Below are positions 1 through 8,995 of a stretch of DNA of 32,000 nt, piece by piece. The notes under the pieces are model-generated. The model was not told the origin of the DNA. It was given only the letters and a program-made list of their open reading frames with translations, and did not search any database. The position numbers were made by a program, and so were the translations under genes. Position 1 is the first letter of the stretch. Every line of letters begins with the position of its first letter. Source of the stretch: Pseudomonas aeruginosa (lineage in GTDB: Bacteria > Pseudomonadota > Gammaproteobacteria > Pseudomonadales > Pseudomonadaceae); assembly GCF_001457615.1 (NCBI RefSeq), contig NZ_LN831024.1:1350001-1382000 (forward strand), given 5' to 3'.

Positions 1-1
1 C

Positions 2-184
2 GCGTCCCAGGCCCTGGAGGACTCCAAGTCCGACATCGGCTGGGGCCACCAGATCCGCTCCTACGTGCTCGACCAGTCGCGGATCAAGGACCTGCGTACC
101 GGTATCGAGCGCAGCGACTGCGACAAGGTGCTCGACGGCGATCTAGACGAATACCTCGAAGCCAGCCTCAAACAGGGGCTGTAA
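2..184 (+). CDS. prfB: Peptide chain release factor 2, C-terminal fragment (5' end outside window)
   Basis: Frame from base 2 reads [60 protein letters not shown], the typical RF2 C-terminus; lysS follows, as in many proteobacteria. Confidence 0.93.
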   Translation, partial: ASQALEDSKSDIGWGHQIRSYVLDQSRIKDLRTGIERSDCDKVLDGDLDEYLEASLKQGL

Positions 185-364
185 AGCTGCTGCGCCTGGC
201 CAGGCCGCGTTGGAAAATGGTTCGGACTGCTCGTTTTTTACGATCGTGAACTCCGTGTCCTCGCCATTTCCCGCCTTGCCTGGCCGGCGTTCGCTACGCT
301 TTTCGCCCCTGTTGCGCAATCCGTTTCCACAGGCAAGAGAGCCTAACCAGGAACCACCAAGACC

Positions 365-1870
365 ATGAGCGACCAACAACTCGACCAGCACGAACTGCAA
401 CAGGAAGAAAACAAGCTGATCGCCCAGCGCAAGGAAAAACTTGCCGCCGTGCGCGAAGCCCGGGCCATCGCCTTCCCCAACGACTTCCGCCGCGACGCCT
501 ACTTCGCGGACCTGCAGAAACAGTACGCCGACAAGACCAAGGAAGAGCTGGAAGCCGCAGCGATCCCGGTCAAGGTGGCCGGTCGGATCATGCTCAACCG
601 CGGTTCCTTCATCGTCCTCCAGGACAGCAGCGAGCGCCTGCAGGTCTACGTCAACCGCAAGACCCTGCCGGAAGAAACCCTGGCCGAGATCAAGACCTGG
701 GACCTGGGCGACATCATCGGCGCCGAAGGCGTGCTGGCCCGCTCGGGCAAGGGCGACCTGTACGTCGACATGACCAGCGTGCGCCTGCTGACCAAGTCGC
801 TGCGTCCGCTGCCGGACAAGCACCATGGCCTGACCGACACCGAGCAGCGCTACCGCCAGCGCTACGTCGACCTGATGGTCAACGAGGAAACCCGCCACAC
901 CTTCCGCGTGCGTTCCCAGGTCATCGCCCACATCCGCCGTTTCCTCAGCGAGCGCGGTTTCCTCGAAGTGGAGACCCCGATGCTGCAGACCATCCCCGGC
1001 GGCGCCGCGGCCAAGCCGTTCGAGACCCATCACAACGCGCTGGACATGGCCATGTTCCTGCGCATCGCCCCGGAGCTGTACCTCAAGCGCCTGGTGGTCG
1101 GCGGTTTCGAGAAGGTCTTCGAGATCAACCGCAACTTCCGTAACGAAGGCGTCTCGACCCGGCACAACCCCGAGTTCACCATGCTCGAGTTCTACCAGGC
1201 CTACGCCGACTACGAAGACAACATGGACCTGACCGAGGAACTGTTCCGCGAACTGGCCCAGGCGGTACTCGGTACCACCGACGTGCCCTACGGCGACAAG
1301 GTCTTCCACTTCGGCGAGCCGTTCGTGCGCCTGTCGGTGTTCGATTCGATCCTCAAGTACAACCCGGAGATCACCGCCGCCGACCTCAACGACGTCGAGA
1401 AGGCGCGGGCCATCGCCAAGAAGGCCGGCGCCAAGGTCCTCGGCCACGAAGGCCTGGGCAAGCTGCAGGTGATGATTTTCGAGGAACTGGTGGAGCACAA
1501 GCTGGAGCAGCCGCACTTCATCACCCGCTACCCCTTCGAGGTTTCGCCGCTGGCCCGCCGCAACGACGAAGACCCGAGCGTCACCGACCGCTTCGAGCTG
1601 TTCATCGGCGGCCGCGAGATCGCCAATGCCTATTCCGAGCTGAACGACGCCGAGGACCAGGCCGAGCGCTTCATGTTGCAGGTCAAGGAGAAGGACGCCG
1701 GCGACGACGAGGCGATGCACTACGACGCCGACTTCATCAATGCCCTGGAATACGGCATGCCGCCGACCGCCGGCGAAGGCATCGGCATCGACCGCCTGGT
1801 GATGCTGCTGACCAACTCGCCGTCGATCCGCGACGTGATCCTGTTCCCGCACATGCGCCCGCAGGCCTGA
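365..1870 (+). CDS. lysS: Lysyl-tRNA synthetase, class II
   Basis: 501 aa ORF; class II motifs ([89 protein letters not shown]). Confidence 0.98.
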   Translation: MSDQQLDQHELQQEENKLIAQRKEKLAAVREARAIAFPNDFRRDAYFADLQKQYADKTKEELEAAAIPVKVAGRIMLNRGSFIVLQDSSERLQVYVNRKTLPEETLAEIKTWDLGDIIGAEGVLARSGKGDLYVDMTSVRLLTKSLRPLPDKHHGLTDTEQRYRQRYVDLMVNEETRHTFRVRSQVIAHIRRFLSERGFLEVETPMLQTIPGGAAAKPFETHHNALDMAMFLRIAPELYLKRLVVGGFEKVFEINRNFRNEGVSTRHNPEFTMLEFYQAYADYEDNMDLTEELFRELAQAVLGTTDVPYGDKVFHFGEPFVRLSVFDSILKYNPEITAADLNDVEKARAIAKKAGAKVLGHEGLGKLQVMIFEELVEHKLEQPHFITRYPFEVSPLARRNDEDPSVTDRFELFIGGREIANAYSELNDAEDQAERFMLQVKEKDAGDDEAMHYDADFINALEYGMPPTAGEGIGIDRLVMLLTNSPSIRDVILFPHMRPQA

Positions 1871-1888
1871 GCGCCGCAACAGTCCATG

Positions 1889-1915
1889 GAAAAGCCGCCT
1901 TCGGGCGGTTTTTTC
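1889..1915 (+). terminator. Rho-independent terminator downstream of lysS
   Basis: GAAAAGCCGCCTTCGGGCGGTTTTTTC: GC stem, short loop and a T run, shortly after the lysS stop. Confidence 0.85.
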
Positions 1916-2081
1916 ATGGCCGCGCGGTGTCCCGGCCGCCGGGCCAGGGGCCGATAGCCGCCGATCCGCCGGCTGACCACGGAAGGTGCGGGTGGGATCG
2001 GAGCTTCCCCGATAGCGGCCGATTGATTCCACGCGAAAAAGTCCGAACAATGCCCCATCGTCCGCGAGCGGAGGAAACACC

Positions 2082-2795
2082 GTGTCCCGAGTAGCTCCCA
2101 GAGACAGCGCCGCGCAGGCCGCCAGCGCGGTAGCCGAAAGCGTTCGTTACCAGGGCCGCAAGGCCAGCCGCCAGGGCAGCGAGCAGCGGCGCCAGGCGAT
2201 TCTCGATGCCGCCATGCGCCTGATCGTCCGCGACGGCGTACGGGCCGTGCGCCACCGCGCGGTGGCCGCCGAGGCCCAGGTGCCGTTGTCGGCCACCACC
2301 TACTACTTCAAGGACATCGACGATCTCATCACCGACACCTTCGCCCTCTTCGTCGAGCGCAACGCAGAGGCGCTGTCGGCGTTCTGGAGCAGCGTGGAGG
2401 GCGACCTCCAGGAGATGGCCGCGGTGCTGGCCGACGACCCCGGCGCCCGTGGCTCGCTGGTGGAACGGATCGTCGAGCTTGCCGTGCAGTATGTCCAGGT
2501 CCAGCTCACCGAGCGCCGCGAGCACCTGCTGGCCGAGCAGGCCTTCCGCCAGGAGGCGTTGCTCAACCCGCGCCTGCGCGAACTGGCCGATGCCCACCAG
2601 CGGATTCTCTCCCTCGGCGCCGTGCATTTCTTCCAGGTGCTCGGTTCCGGGCAGCCCGAGCAGGACGCCAAGGTGTTGACGTCGATTATTCTGCAGATGG
2701 AATATCAGGGCCTCGTGGACGGGGTCGAGCATCTGGCCGTGGACGAAATGCGCGCCATACTCAGACGGTACCTGAATCTGGTCATGGGCCTGTGA
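2082..2795 (+). CDS. TetR-family transcriptional regulator
   Basis: 237 aa ORF with GTG start; N-terminal HTH (RRQAILDAAMRLIVRDGVRAVRHRAVAAEAQVPLSATTYYFKDIDDLITDTFALF); upstream GGAGG-like RBS. Confidence 0.88.
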   Translation: MSRVAPRDSAAQAASAVAESVRYQGRKASRQGSEQRRQAILDAAMRLIVRDGVRAVRHRAVAAEAQVPLSATTYYFKDIDDLITDTFALFVERNAEALSAFWSSVEGDLQEMAAVLADDPGARGSLVERIVELAVQYVQVQLTERREHLLAEQAFRQEALLNPRLRELADAHQRILSLGAVHFFQVLGSGQPEQDAKVLTSIILQMEYQGLVDGVEHLAVDEMRAILRRYLNLVMGL

Positions 2796-2803
2796 CCTGA
2801 GCG

Positions 2804-2829
2804 TCAACCCCGCCATGGCGGGGTTTTTC
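2804..2829 (+). terminator. Rho-independent terminator after the TetR gene
   Basis: AACCCCGCCATGGCGGGGTTTTT immediately 3' of the TetR stop. Confidence 0.85.
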
Positions 2830-2891
2830 ATACCCGAACCTTCCCTCGGCCAGCCGGTCGCAGGTTGCGGAGGGTTCCTAAGGAGCGTGTG

Positions 2892-3443
2892 ATGAAAGCC
2901 TGGCGTTGCCTGGTGGTCCTGAGTTTCCTGCTGTTGGGCGGTTGCCTGGTCACCTTCAAGGAGCCGATACCGCCGCGCGAGGCGGCGCCGAGCCATCTGC
3001 TCGGGACCTGGAGCCGCGAGAACGAGTGGAAGGAAGAACAATTCCTGGAGATCACCCGTTCCGGCAGCAATGTCTACCGTGCGCTCAGCTACGTGGACAG
3101 CAAGGACAATACCGAGAGCCTGGAAGACTACGGCTTCACCGTCTCCCACCAGGGCAAGCGCTGGTACCTGTCGGCCGGCCTGCCGAAGAGCCTGGGCGGC
3201 AACTTCATCATCGCCGGCTTCGAGATCACCGACGGTGACGAGCTGGTGATCTACAACCTCGACGTCGAGCGCATCGTCGAGGACCTCGGCGCCGGCCAGC
3301 TCGACGGCGAGACCGTCGACAGCGATCAGGGCAAGGGCGCGCTGGTGCGCAGCCCGTTGGCGAAGGTCTTCGCCTACCTGAACGATCCCGCCAATTCCGA
3401 CGTGTTCGTCGAGGCCGCCCGCTTCCAGCGGGTCACCCAATGA
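2892..3443 (+). CDS. Putative lipoprotein, uncharacterised
   Basis: ATG at 2892 preceded by AGGAG; [25 protein letters not shown] contains a lipobox (LGGC). Stop overlaps the next gene by 4 bp. Confidence 0.82.
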   Translation: MKAWRCLVVLSFLLLGGCLVTFKEPIPPREAAPSHLLGTWSRENEWKEEQFLEITRSGSNVYRALSYVDSKDNTESLEDYGFTVSHQGKRWYLSAGLPKSLGGNFIIAGFEITDGDELVIYNLDVERIVEDLGAGQLDGETVDSDQGKGALVRSPLAKVFAYLNDPANSDVFVEAARFQRVTQ

Positions 3444-4747
3444 GATTGCCGATGAGCCAGCGCAAGGCGCAGAACGACTACCAGAAGATCATCCGCTCCC
3501 TGTCCGATCGCATCGTCGAGGCGCAGACGCCGATCCGCGTGCTGGATGCGATCAAATGGGACGACGGGATCCGCCAGGACTTCCTCAAGGGCCGCGGCAA
3601 GCATGCGCCGAAGGTCGATCGCGGCTACTACGACAGCCGCCCGCTGGCCTTCGACGCCAGCGCCAAGAAGCAGGAATTCCAGAACATCGAGCGCGACATC
3701 ACCCGCCAGTTGGGCCAGTTCAACCCGGTCGGGCAGATCATGCGGCGGATGTGCAAGGAATACCGGATGGTCATTCGCATGCTCGAGGCGCGCGGCACCC
3801 CGGACCTCGGGCTGATCTCCCAGGAACTCTACGGCTCGGCCTCGGACGCCTTCCATGCCGGCGATCCGACCCTGGCCGACCTCGGCCTGATGCTCTCCGA
3901 CTACCTGAACAACATCGCCGACCGCGGCGATCTCAAGGACGAACCCAAGACCCTGACCGCCAAGGAGGTCGTACCGATCCTCCAGGCGCGGCTGAACACC
4001 GTGTTCGGCGAGGAGGAGGGCACCATCCGCGTGTTCGAGTCCGACGGCATCGTCGCCGACGCGGCGGCCGGCGCCGACTACATCAAGGTACGCGCCGACG
4101 CCCTGTTCAACGAGCGCGACGTGCGCGCGCTGGAGGTCCACGAGGGCCTGGTGCACGTCGGCACCACCCTGAACGGCCTGAGCCAGCCGATCTGCACCTT
4201 CCTCGCCAAGGGACCGCCGTCCTCCACCGTGACCCAGGAAGGCCTGGCGATCCTGATGGAGGTGATCGCCTTCGCCTCCTACCCGACCCGCCTGCGCAAG
4301 CTGACCAATCGCACCCGGGCGATCCACATGGCCGAGGAGGGCGCCGATTTCCTCGACGTGTTCCACTTCTACCGCGAGCAGGGCTACAGCCTGGAGGACA
4401 GCTACCAGAACGCCAGCCGGGTCTTCCGCGGCTCGACCCCGGATGGCCTGCCGTTCACCAAGGACCTGTCCTACCTGAAGGGCTTCATCCTCATCTACAA
4501 CTACATCCAGCTCGCCGTGCGCAAGGGCAAGCTCGAACAGATCCCCCTGCTGTTCTGCGGCAAGACCACCCTGGAAGACATGCGCACCCTGCGCCAACTG
4601 GTGGACGAGGGCCTGGTGGCGCCGCCGAAGTACCTGCCGCCGCAGTTCCGCGACCTCAACGCGCTGTCGGCCTGGATGTGCTTCTCGAACTTCCTCAACC
4701 ACCTCAGCCTGGACCGCATCGAAGCGGACTACGCGAACATCCTCTGA
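3440..4747 (+). CDS. DUF1704 / flavohemoglobin expression-modulating QEGLA-motif family protein (tyrosine carboxypeptidase-like)
   Basis: 435 aa ORF; contains [11 protein letters not shown] (HExxxH) and [53 protein letters not shown], characteristic of this family. Confidence 0.87.
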   Translation: MRLPMSQRKAQNDYQKIIRSLSDRIVEAQTPIRVLDAIKWDDGIRQDFLKGRGKHAPKVDRGYYDSRPLAFDASAKKQEFQNIERDITRQLGQFNPVGQIMRRMCKEYRMVIRMLEARGTPDLGLISQELYGSASDAFHAGDPTLADLGLMLSDYLNNIADRGDLKDEPKTLTAKEVVPILQARLNTVFGEEEGTIRVFESDGIVADAAAGADYIKVRADALFNERDVRALEVHEGLVHVGTTLNGLSQPICTFLAKGPPSSTVTQEGLAILMEVIAFASYPTRLRKLTNRTRAIHMAEEGADFLDVFHFYREQGYSLEDSYQNASRVFRGSTPDGLPFTKDLSYLKGFILIYNYIQLAVRKGKLEQIPLLFCGKTTLEDMRTLRQLVDEGLVAPPKYLPPQFRDLNALSAWMCFSNFLNHLSLDRIEADYANIL

Positions 4748-4815
4748 CCGTTCCCCGCCGTGCCGGTCTTTCCCGGTGCGCGCGGGCGGTCGGCCGGCAA
4801 GCAAGGAGAACGGCG

Positions 4816-5562
4816 ATGGCCAGCCACGAACTCGACTACCGCATCCTCGGCGAATCCATGCAGACCGTGGAGATCGAACTCGACCCCGGGGAAACCGTGA
4901 TCGCCGAGGCCGGGGCGATGAACTACATGACCGGCGACATCCGCTTCACCGCGCGGATGGGCGACGGCTCCGACGGCAGCCTGCTGGGCAAGCTGTGGAG
5001 CGCCGGCAAGCGCAAGCTCGGTGGCGAGTCGGTGTTCATGACCCACTTCACCAACGAAGGCCAGGGCAAGCAGCACGTGGCCTTTGCCGCGCCCTATCCG
5101 GGCAGCGTGGTGGCGGTGGACCTGGACGATGTCGGCGGGCGCCTGTTCTGCCAGAAGGACTCGTTCCTCTGCGCAGCCTATGGCACCCGGGTCGGCATCG
5201 CCTTCACCAAGCGCCTGGGCGCCGGTTTCTTCGGCGGCGAGGGCTTCATCCTGCAGAAGCTCGAGGGCGATGGCCTGGTCTTCGTCCACGCCGGCGGCAC
5301 GCTGATCCGCCGCCAGTTGAATGGCGAGACGCTGCGGGTCGACACCGGTTGCCTGGTGGCCTTCACCGACGGCATCGACTACGACGTGCAACTGGCCGGC
5401 GGCCTGAAGAGCATGCTGTTCGGCGGCGAAGGATTGCTGCTGACCACCCTCAAGGGCAGCGGCACCGTCTGGCTGCAGAGCCTGCCGTTCTCGCGCCTGG
5501 CCGGGCGCATCTACGACGCCACCTTTCGCGCCCGCGAAGAGGTAAGGACCAACAACGGATGA
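4816..5562 (+). CDS. AIM24/TIGR00266 family protein
   Basis: ATG at 4816 after AGGAG; [51 protein letters not shown]... with glycine-rich [14 protein letters not shown] repeats typical of AIM24-like proteins. The 668 aa ORF in the track fuses this gene to out-of-frame upstream sequence. Confidence 0.9.
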   Translation: MASHELDYRILGESMQTVEIELDPGETVIAEAGAMNYMTGDIRFTARMGDGSDGSLLGKLWSAGKRKLGGESVFMTHFTNEGQGKQHVAFAAPYPGSVVAVDLDDVGGRLFCQKDSFLCAAYGTRVGIAFTKRLGAGFFGGEGFILQKLEGDGLVFVHAGGTLIRRQLNGETLRVDTGCLVAFTDGIDYDVQLAGGLKSMLFGGEGLLLTTLKGSGTVWLQSLPFSRLAGRIYDATFRAREEVRTNNG

Positions 5563-6464
5563 AGCGCCTGCTGATCCCGCTGCTGGTACTCGGCGCGCTG
5601 TTCCTCGGTGGCTGCAGTTCGCTGCTGTTCTATCCCGAGCCGGTGGTGCAGATCACTCCGGCGCGCGCCGGGCTGGAGTACCGCGACGTCACCCTGACCA
5701 CCGCCGACGGCGTGCGCCTGCGCGCCTGGTGGCTGCCGGCGAAGAAAGGCGTGCCGGTGAAAGGCACCGTGCTCTACCTGCACGGCAACGGCGGCAACCT
5801 GTCCTGGCACCTCGGCGGCACGTGGTGGCTGCCCGCCGAGGGCTACCAGGTGCTGATGCTCGACTATCGCGGCTACGGCCAGTCGGAGGGCCAGCCGGGA
5901 CTGCCGGAGGTCTACCGCGACATCGACGCGGCGTTCGCCTGGCTCGACCAGGCGCCGGAGGTGAAGGGCACCGAGCGCGTGCTGCTGGGGCAGAGTCTCG
6001 GCGGCGCGCTGGCGATCCACTACCTGGCCGAGCATCCGCAGCGCCAGGGCCAGTTCAAGGCGCTGGTGTTCGACGGGGTACCGGCGAGCTACCGCGGCAT
6101 CGCCCGGCACATGCTGGACGGTTCCTGGCTGACCTGGCCGCTGCAGGTGCCGCTGTCCTGGCTGGTGCCCGACGACGACAGCGCCATCCATTCGGTGGCG
6201 CGGCTTTCTGGCGCACCCATGCTGTTCTTTCACAGCATCGACGATACCATTGTGCCCCTCGAGAACGGCATCGCCCTGTACCGCCAGGCGCGGCCGCCGA
6301 AGGTCCTGCAACTGACCCGAGGCGGCCACGTGCAGACCTTCGCCGAAGCGACCTGGCAGGAAGTGATGCTGCGCTTCCTCGACGATCCCCATGGCTTCAC
6401 CGGCCTGCGCCGGCTGGCCGAAATCCCGAACCGCGAATCCGCGAAACCCGAAGGCAATCCATGA
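5559..6464 (+). CDS. Alpha/beta hydrolase, predicted lipoprotein
   Basis: ATGA overlap start; lipobox LFLGGCSS; hydrolase features [26 protein letters not shown] (GxSxG), [13 protein letters not shown] and C-terminal GGHVQTF. Confidence 0.9.
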   Translation: MKRLLIPLLVLGALFLGGCSSLLFYPEPVVQITPARAGLEYRDVTLTTADGVRLRAWWLPAKKGVPVKGTVLYLHGNGGNLSWHLGGTWWLPAEGYQVLMLDYRGYGQSEGQPGLPEVYRDIDAAFAWLDQAPEVKGTERVLLGQSLGGALAIHYLAEHPQRQGQFKALVFDGVPASYRGIARHMLDGSWLTWPLQVPLSWLVPDDDSAIHSVARLSGAPMLFFHSIDDTIVPLENGIALYRQARPPKVLQLTRGGHVQTFAEATWQEVMLRFLDDPHGFTGLRRLAEIPNRESAKPEGNP

Positions 6465-6784
6465 GCGACCGTAACGTACTCCCCTGCATCCTGACCGGCA
6501 TCGGTACCATCTTCGTCACCGTCGGCGTGCTCTGGTACTACGGCTACCTGCATTTCGCCAAGCCGCAGGACGCCCTGTTGCTGGCCGACTTCACCATGCT
6601 GAAGAGCCTGCCCGGCGAAGATGTGAAGCTGTCCCTGGAGCCGGCCAAGCAGGTCGCGCAGTGCATCGATGGCGTCCTGGTGCTGTTCGACACCGAGCAG
6701 AAGGGCCTTTCCGGCGTGCTGGTGGACAACAGGAAGCACGCCGTGCGCTGCGCCGGACAGGAAGTCCCGCAGGAAGTGAAATGA
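6461..6784 (+). CDS. Small membrane-anchored hypothetical protein
   Basis: 107 aa, ATGA overlaps at both ends; N-terminal hydrophobic segment [27 protein letters not shown] followed by a soluble domain. Confidence 0.75.
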   Translation: MSDRNVLPCILTGIGTIFVTVGVLWYYGYLHFAKPQDALLLADFTMLKSLPGEDVKLSLEPAKQVAQCIDGVLVLFDTEQKGLSGVLVDNRKHAVRCAGQEVPQEVK

Positions 6785-7302
6785 CCGAGGTCCGCGTCTG
6801 GCAGGGAGACATCACCCGTCTTGCGGTGGATGCCATCGTCAACGCGGCGAACTCCTCGCTGCTCGGTGGGGGCGGTGTCGACGGCGCCATCCACCGCGCC
6901 GCCGGTGCCGAACTGGTGGCGGCCTGCCGCCTGCTGCACGGTTGCAAGACCGGCGAGGCGAAGATCACCCGTGGGTTCCGTCTGTCGGCGGCCCACGTGA
7001 TCCACACCGTCGGCCCGGTCTGGCGCGGCGGCGACAACGGCGAAGCGGAGCTGCTGGCCAGCTGCTACCGGCGCAGCCTGGCGCTGGCCGAGCAGGCCGG
7101 GGCGGCCAGCGTCGCGTTCCCCGCCATCAGCTGCGGCATCTACGGCTATCCCTTGGAGCAGGCCGCGGCCATTGCCGTCGAAGAGGTCTGCCGGCAACGC
7201 CCGGCGCACAGCAGCCTGGAGGAAATCGTCCTGGTTGCCTTCGATAGCTCGATGGCCGAGCGCTACCAGCGCTTGCTCGGCGAGCGGCCTGTGGCCCGCT
7301 GA
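6781..7302 (+). CDS. Macrodomain (ADP-ribose-binding, O-acetyl-ADP-ribose deacetylase-like) protein
   Basis: 173 aa; [36 protein letters not shown] and [19 protein letters not shown] are canonical MacroD-type motifs. Confidence 0.95.
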   Translation: MTEVRVWQGDITRLAVDAIVNAANSSLLGGGGVDGAIHRAAGAELVAACRLLHGCKTGEAKITRGFRLSAAHVIHTVGPVWRGGDNGEAELLASCYRRSLALAEQAGAASVAFPAISCGIYGYPLEQAAAIAVEEVCRQRPAHSSLEEIVLVAFDSSMAERYQRLLGERPVAR

Positions 7303-7329
7303 TACCTGGAAAGCTCAAGCCCCGCCCAT

Positions 7330-7361
7330 GAAAAAGCCCCGCCGGATGGCGGGGCTTTTGG
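7330..7361. terminator. Probable bidirectional terminator between convergent macrodomain gene and lptF
   Basis: GAAAAAGCCCCGCCGGATGGCGGGGCTTTTGG: strong stem flanked by A run on one side and T run on the other, between convergent genes. Confidence 0.85.
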
Positions 7362-7377
7362 GCTTCCGTAGGGCTTA

Positions 7378-8163
7378 TCAGCCGCTGACGGAGGAGCGTG
7401 GCGCGACCGGCTTGGCGTCGTTGGAAATGGTGACTTCCACCCGACGGTTCATGGCACGGCCGGAGCTGGTGCCGTTGCTGGCCACCGGATATTCCTTGCC
7501 GTAGCCACGGGTGGCTACGCGTTCCGGGCTGATGCCGCGGCTGAGCAGGGCCATGCGCACCGAGTCGGCACGACGCTCGGACAGGCGCTGGTTGTAGTTG
7601 GCGGAACCGGTGCTATCGGTGTAGCCCTCTACGATCACCTGGCGCTCCGGGTTCTGCTGGAGGAACTCGGCCAGTTGCTGGATGTTGCGCATGGCGCCGG
7701 GCTTCAGGTCGGACTTGTCGAGATCGAACAGAACGTCGCCGAAGGTCACCATGGTGCCGCGCGAGGTCTGCTTGGCATTCAGTTGGCTACGCAGCTTGTC
7801 CAGTTGCGCGGTGCGCGCGTCGAGGCGGGCCTGGGCGCGCTGGGCGGAGGCGTTCTGCAACTGCGCCTCGGCATTGCGCAGGACGATGGTCTGCTTGGCC
7901 AGTTCGATGCGCTGGTTGGTCAGGTAGGCCAGTTGGTCCACGTCGCGCTGGTCTTCGCCATCCTGGTAGGCCTTGTCGGCCTTGGCCAGCCAGTCGCCGG
8001 CGTCCTTGGTTTCCAGGGCCGCGACCTTGGTCGCGTCGGGCTGCGACTGCAGCGCGGAGAAGTTGCTGCGGGCCTGTTCCAGGTTGGCGTTCGGCGGCGT
8101 GGAGCAGGCGGCCAGCGCCAGGGCCAGCAGGGATACGGCGGGGAGGGCAATGTACTTACGCAT
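7378..8163 (-). CDS. lptF: OmpA-family outer-membrane lipoprotein, lipotoxin F-like
   Basis: 261 aa from MRKYIALPAVSLLALALAACSTPP (lipobox); C-terminal OmpA/peptidoglycan-binding domain (VTFGDVLFDLDKSDLKPGAMRN...VIVEGYTDSTGSANYNQRLSERRADSVRMALLSRGI). Confidence 0.9.
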   Translation of the reverse strand: MRKYIALPAVSLLALALAACSTPPNANLEQARSNFSALQSQPDATKVAALETKDAGDWLAKADKAYQDGEDQRDVDQLAYLTNQRIELAKQTIVLRNAEAQLQNASAQRAQARLDARTAQLDKLRSQLNAKQTSRGTMVTFGDVLFDLDKSDLKPGAMRNIQQLAEFLQQNPERQVIVEGYTDSTGSANYNQRLSERRADSVRMALLSRGISPERVATRGYGKEYPVASNGTSSGRAMNRRVEVTISNDAKPVAPRSSVSG

Positions 8164-8211
8164 AGGGGTCATCCTTAATCACGAATCGACGAAAGAAGGG
8201 CGGAATCCGGC

Positions 8212-8601
8212 TTAGTGCTGCGTATCGCGCATGCCTTCCTCACGCAGTTCCATGACGCCCTGCTGGGCATCCTTCACGGCTTTCTGCGCCTTGGCGGCCT
8301 GGGTCTTGCGCTCGGCGACCCGGGCGTCCCACTCGGCCTGCTGCGCCAGGCGCTTGGCCTGGTCGTATTCCTTGTCGTTCATGGCGATGCGCGCCTGGCT
8401 CAGCTTGTCCTGAGCGGACTTCATCTCGACCGGGGCATATTCCGGGCCGCCGGCGCTCACCGCGTTATTCACCGCGGATTCGGTCACGGCGAACTGCTCG
8501 GTCGGCGGGTTGCCGGCGCAGCCGGCCAGGACCAGGCTGCTGCCTACGGCCAGCAGGGCCAGCTTGAGGCCACGCAGGGAACCGGTGTGTTGCTTGCTCA
8601 T
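8212..8601 (-). CDS. DUF4398-like lipoprotein
   Basis: From MSKQHTGSLRGLKLALLAVGSSLVLAGCAGNPP (lipobox LAGC), then alanine/lysine-rich helical sequence; 48 bp upstream of lptF on the same strand. An in-frame ATG 15 bp earlier is also possible. Confidence 0.82.
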   Translation of the reverse strand: MSKQHTGSLRGLKLALLAVGSSLVLAGCAGNPPTEQFAVTESAVNNAVSAGGPEYAPVEMKSAQDKLSQARIAMNDKEYDQAKRLAQQAEWDARVAERKTQAAKAQKAVKDAQQGVMELREEGMRDTQH

Positions 8602-8948
8602 CGCTTTTTGCTCCATGGGAAATTTCCTCTGACAGGGATGCTGATTCCTTGGCTTTCATCTCTGGCCATTACCGTGGGCGCGTTTCCGGCCCTCCGGTCT
8701 TTTCTTCCTGCTCACTGAGCAAGCCTCTGCCAGGCCTCTGTTTCAGGGGCTTGGCGATTGGCCATGTACTTTTAGTGACTCCCCCGCTGGTTCAGGGGTT
8801 CAAAAAAAAATCTGAAATTTTCTGACTGAACAGTCGGCTTCCGGCGTGGTCGCAGAACGCCACCTCTGCTCACTAAAGCCCGTCCTACAGGGCTCTAGTC
8901 CACGAAACGCACAACTGCCGCAGCGCTCCAGGATGGAACACTCGGGCA

Positions 8949-8974
8949 GAAAAAAGCCCCACCTGAGTGGGGCT
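8949..8974 (-). terminator. Rho-independent terminator downstream of the P-type ATPase
   Basis: Minus strand reads AGCCCCACTCAGGTGGGGCTTTTTTCT, just 3' of the ATPase stop codon. Confidence 0.85.
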
Positions 8975-8995
8975 GGAGGAGGCCAGTGGGGCCTT

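Noticed and set aside
143-2080. 645-aa minus-strand ORF antisense to lysS
   Set aside because: Composition is typical of the complementary-frame artefacts of high-GC coding DNA, it has no recognisable domain, and the opposite strand is unambiguously lysS.
1914-4804. Long minus-strand ORFs 1914..3440 and 3374..4804
   Set aside because: Antisense to well-supported genes, with low-complexity V/L/G/H/Q-rich artefact composition and no motifs.
3556-4815. 5' part of the 668-aa plus-strand ORF (3556..5562)
   Set aside because: Arginine/proline-rich out-of-frame reading of the DUF1704 gene. Only the part from 4816 (AIM24-like) is a real protein, so this is not a fusion gene.
4776-5558. Upstream part of the 562-aa ORF 4776..6464
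   Set aside because: Reads the AIM24 gene in the wrong frame. The genuine hydrolase starts at the ATG at 5559 with a signal peptide and lipobox.
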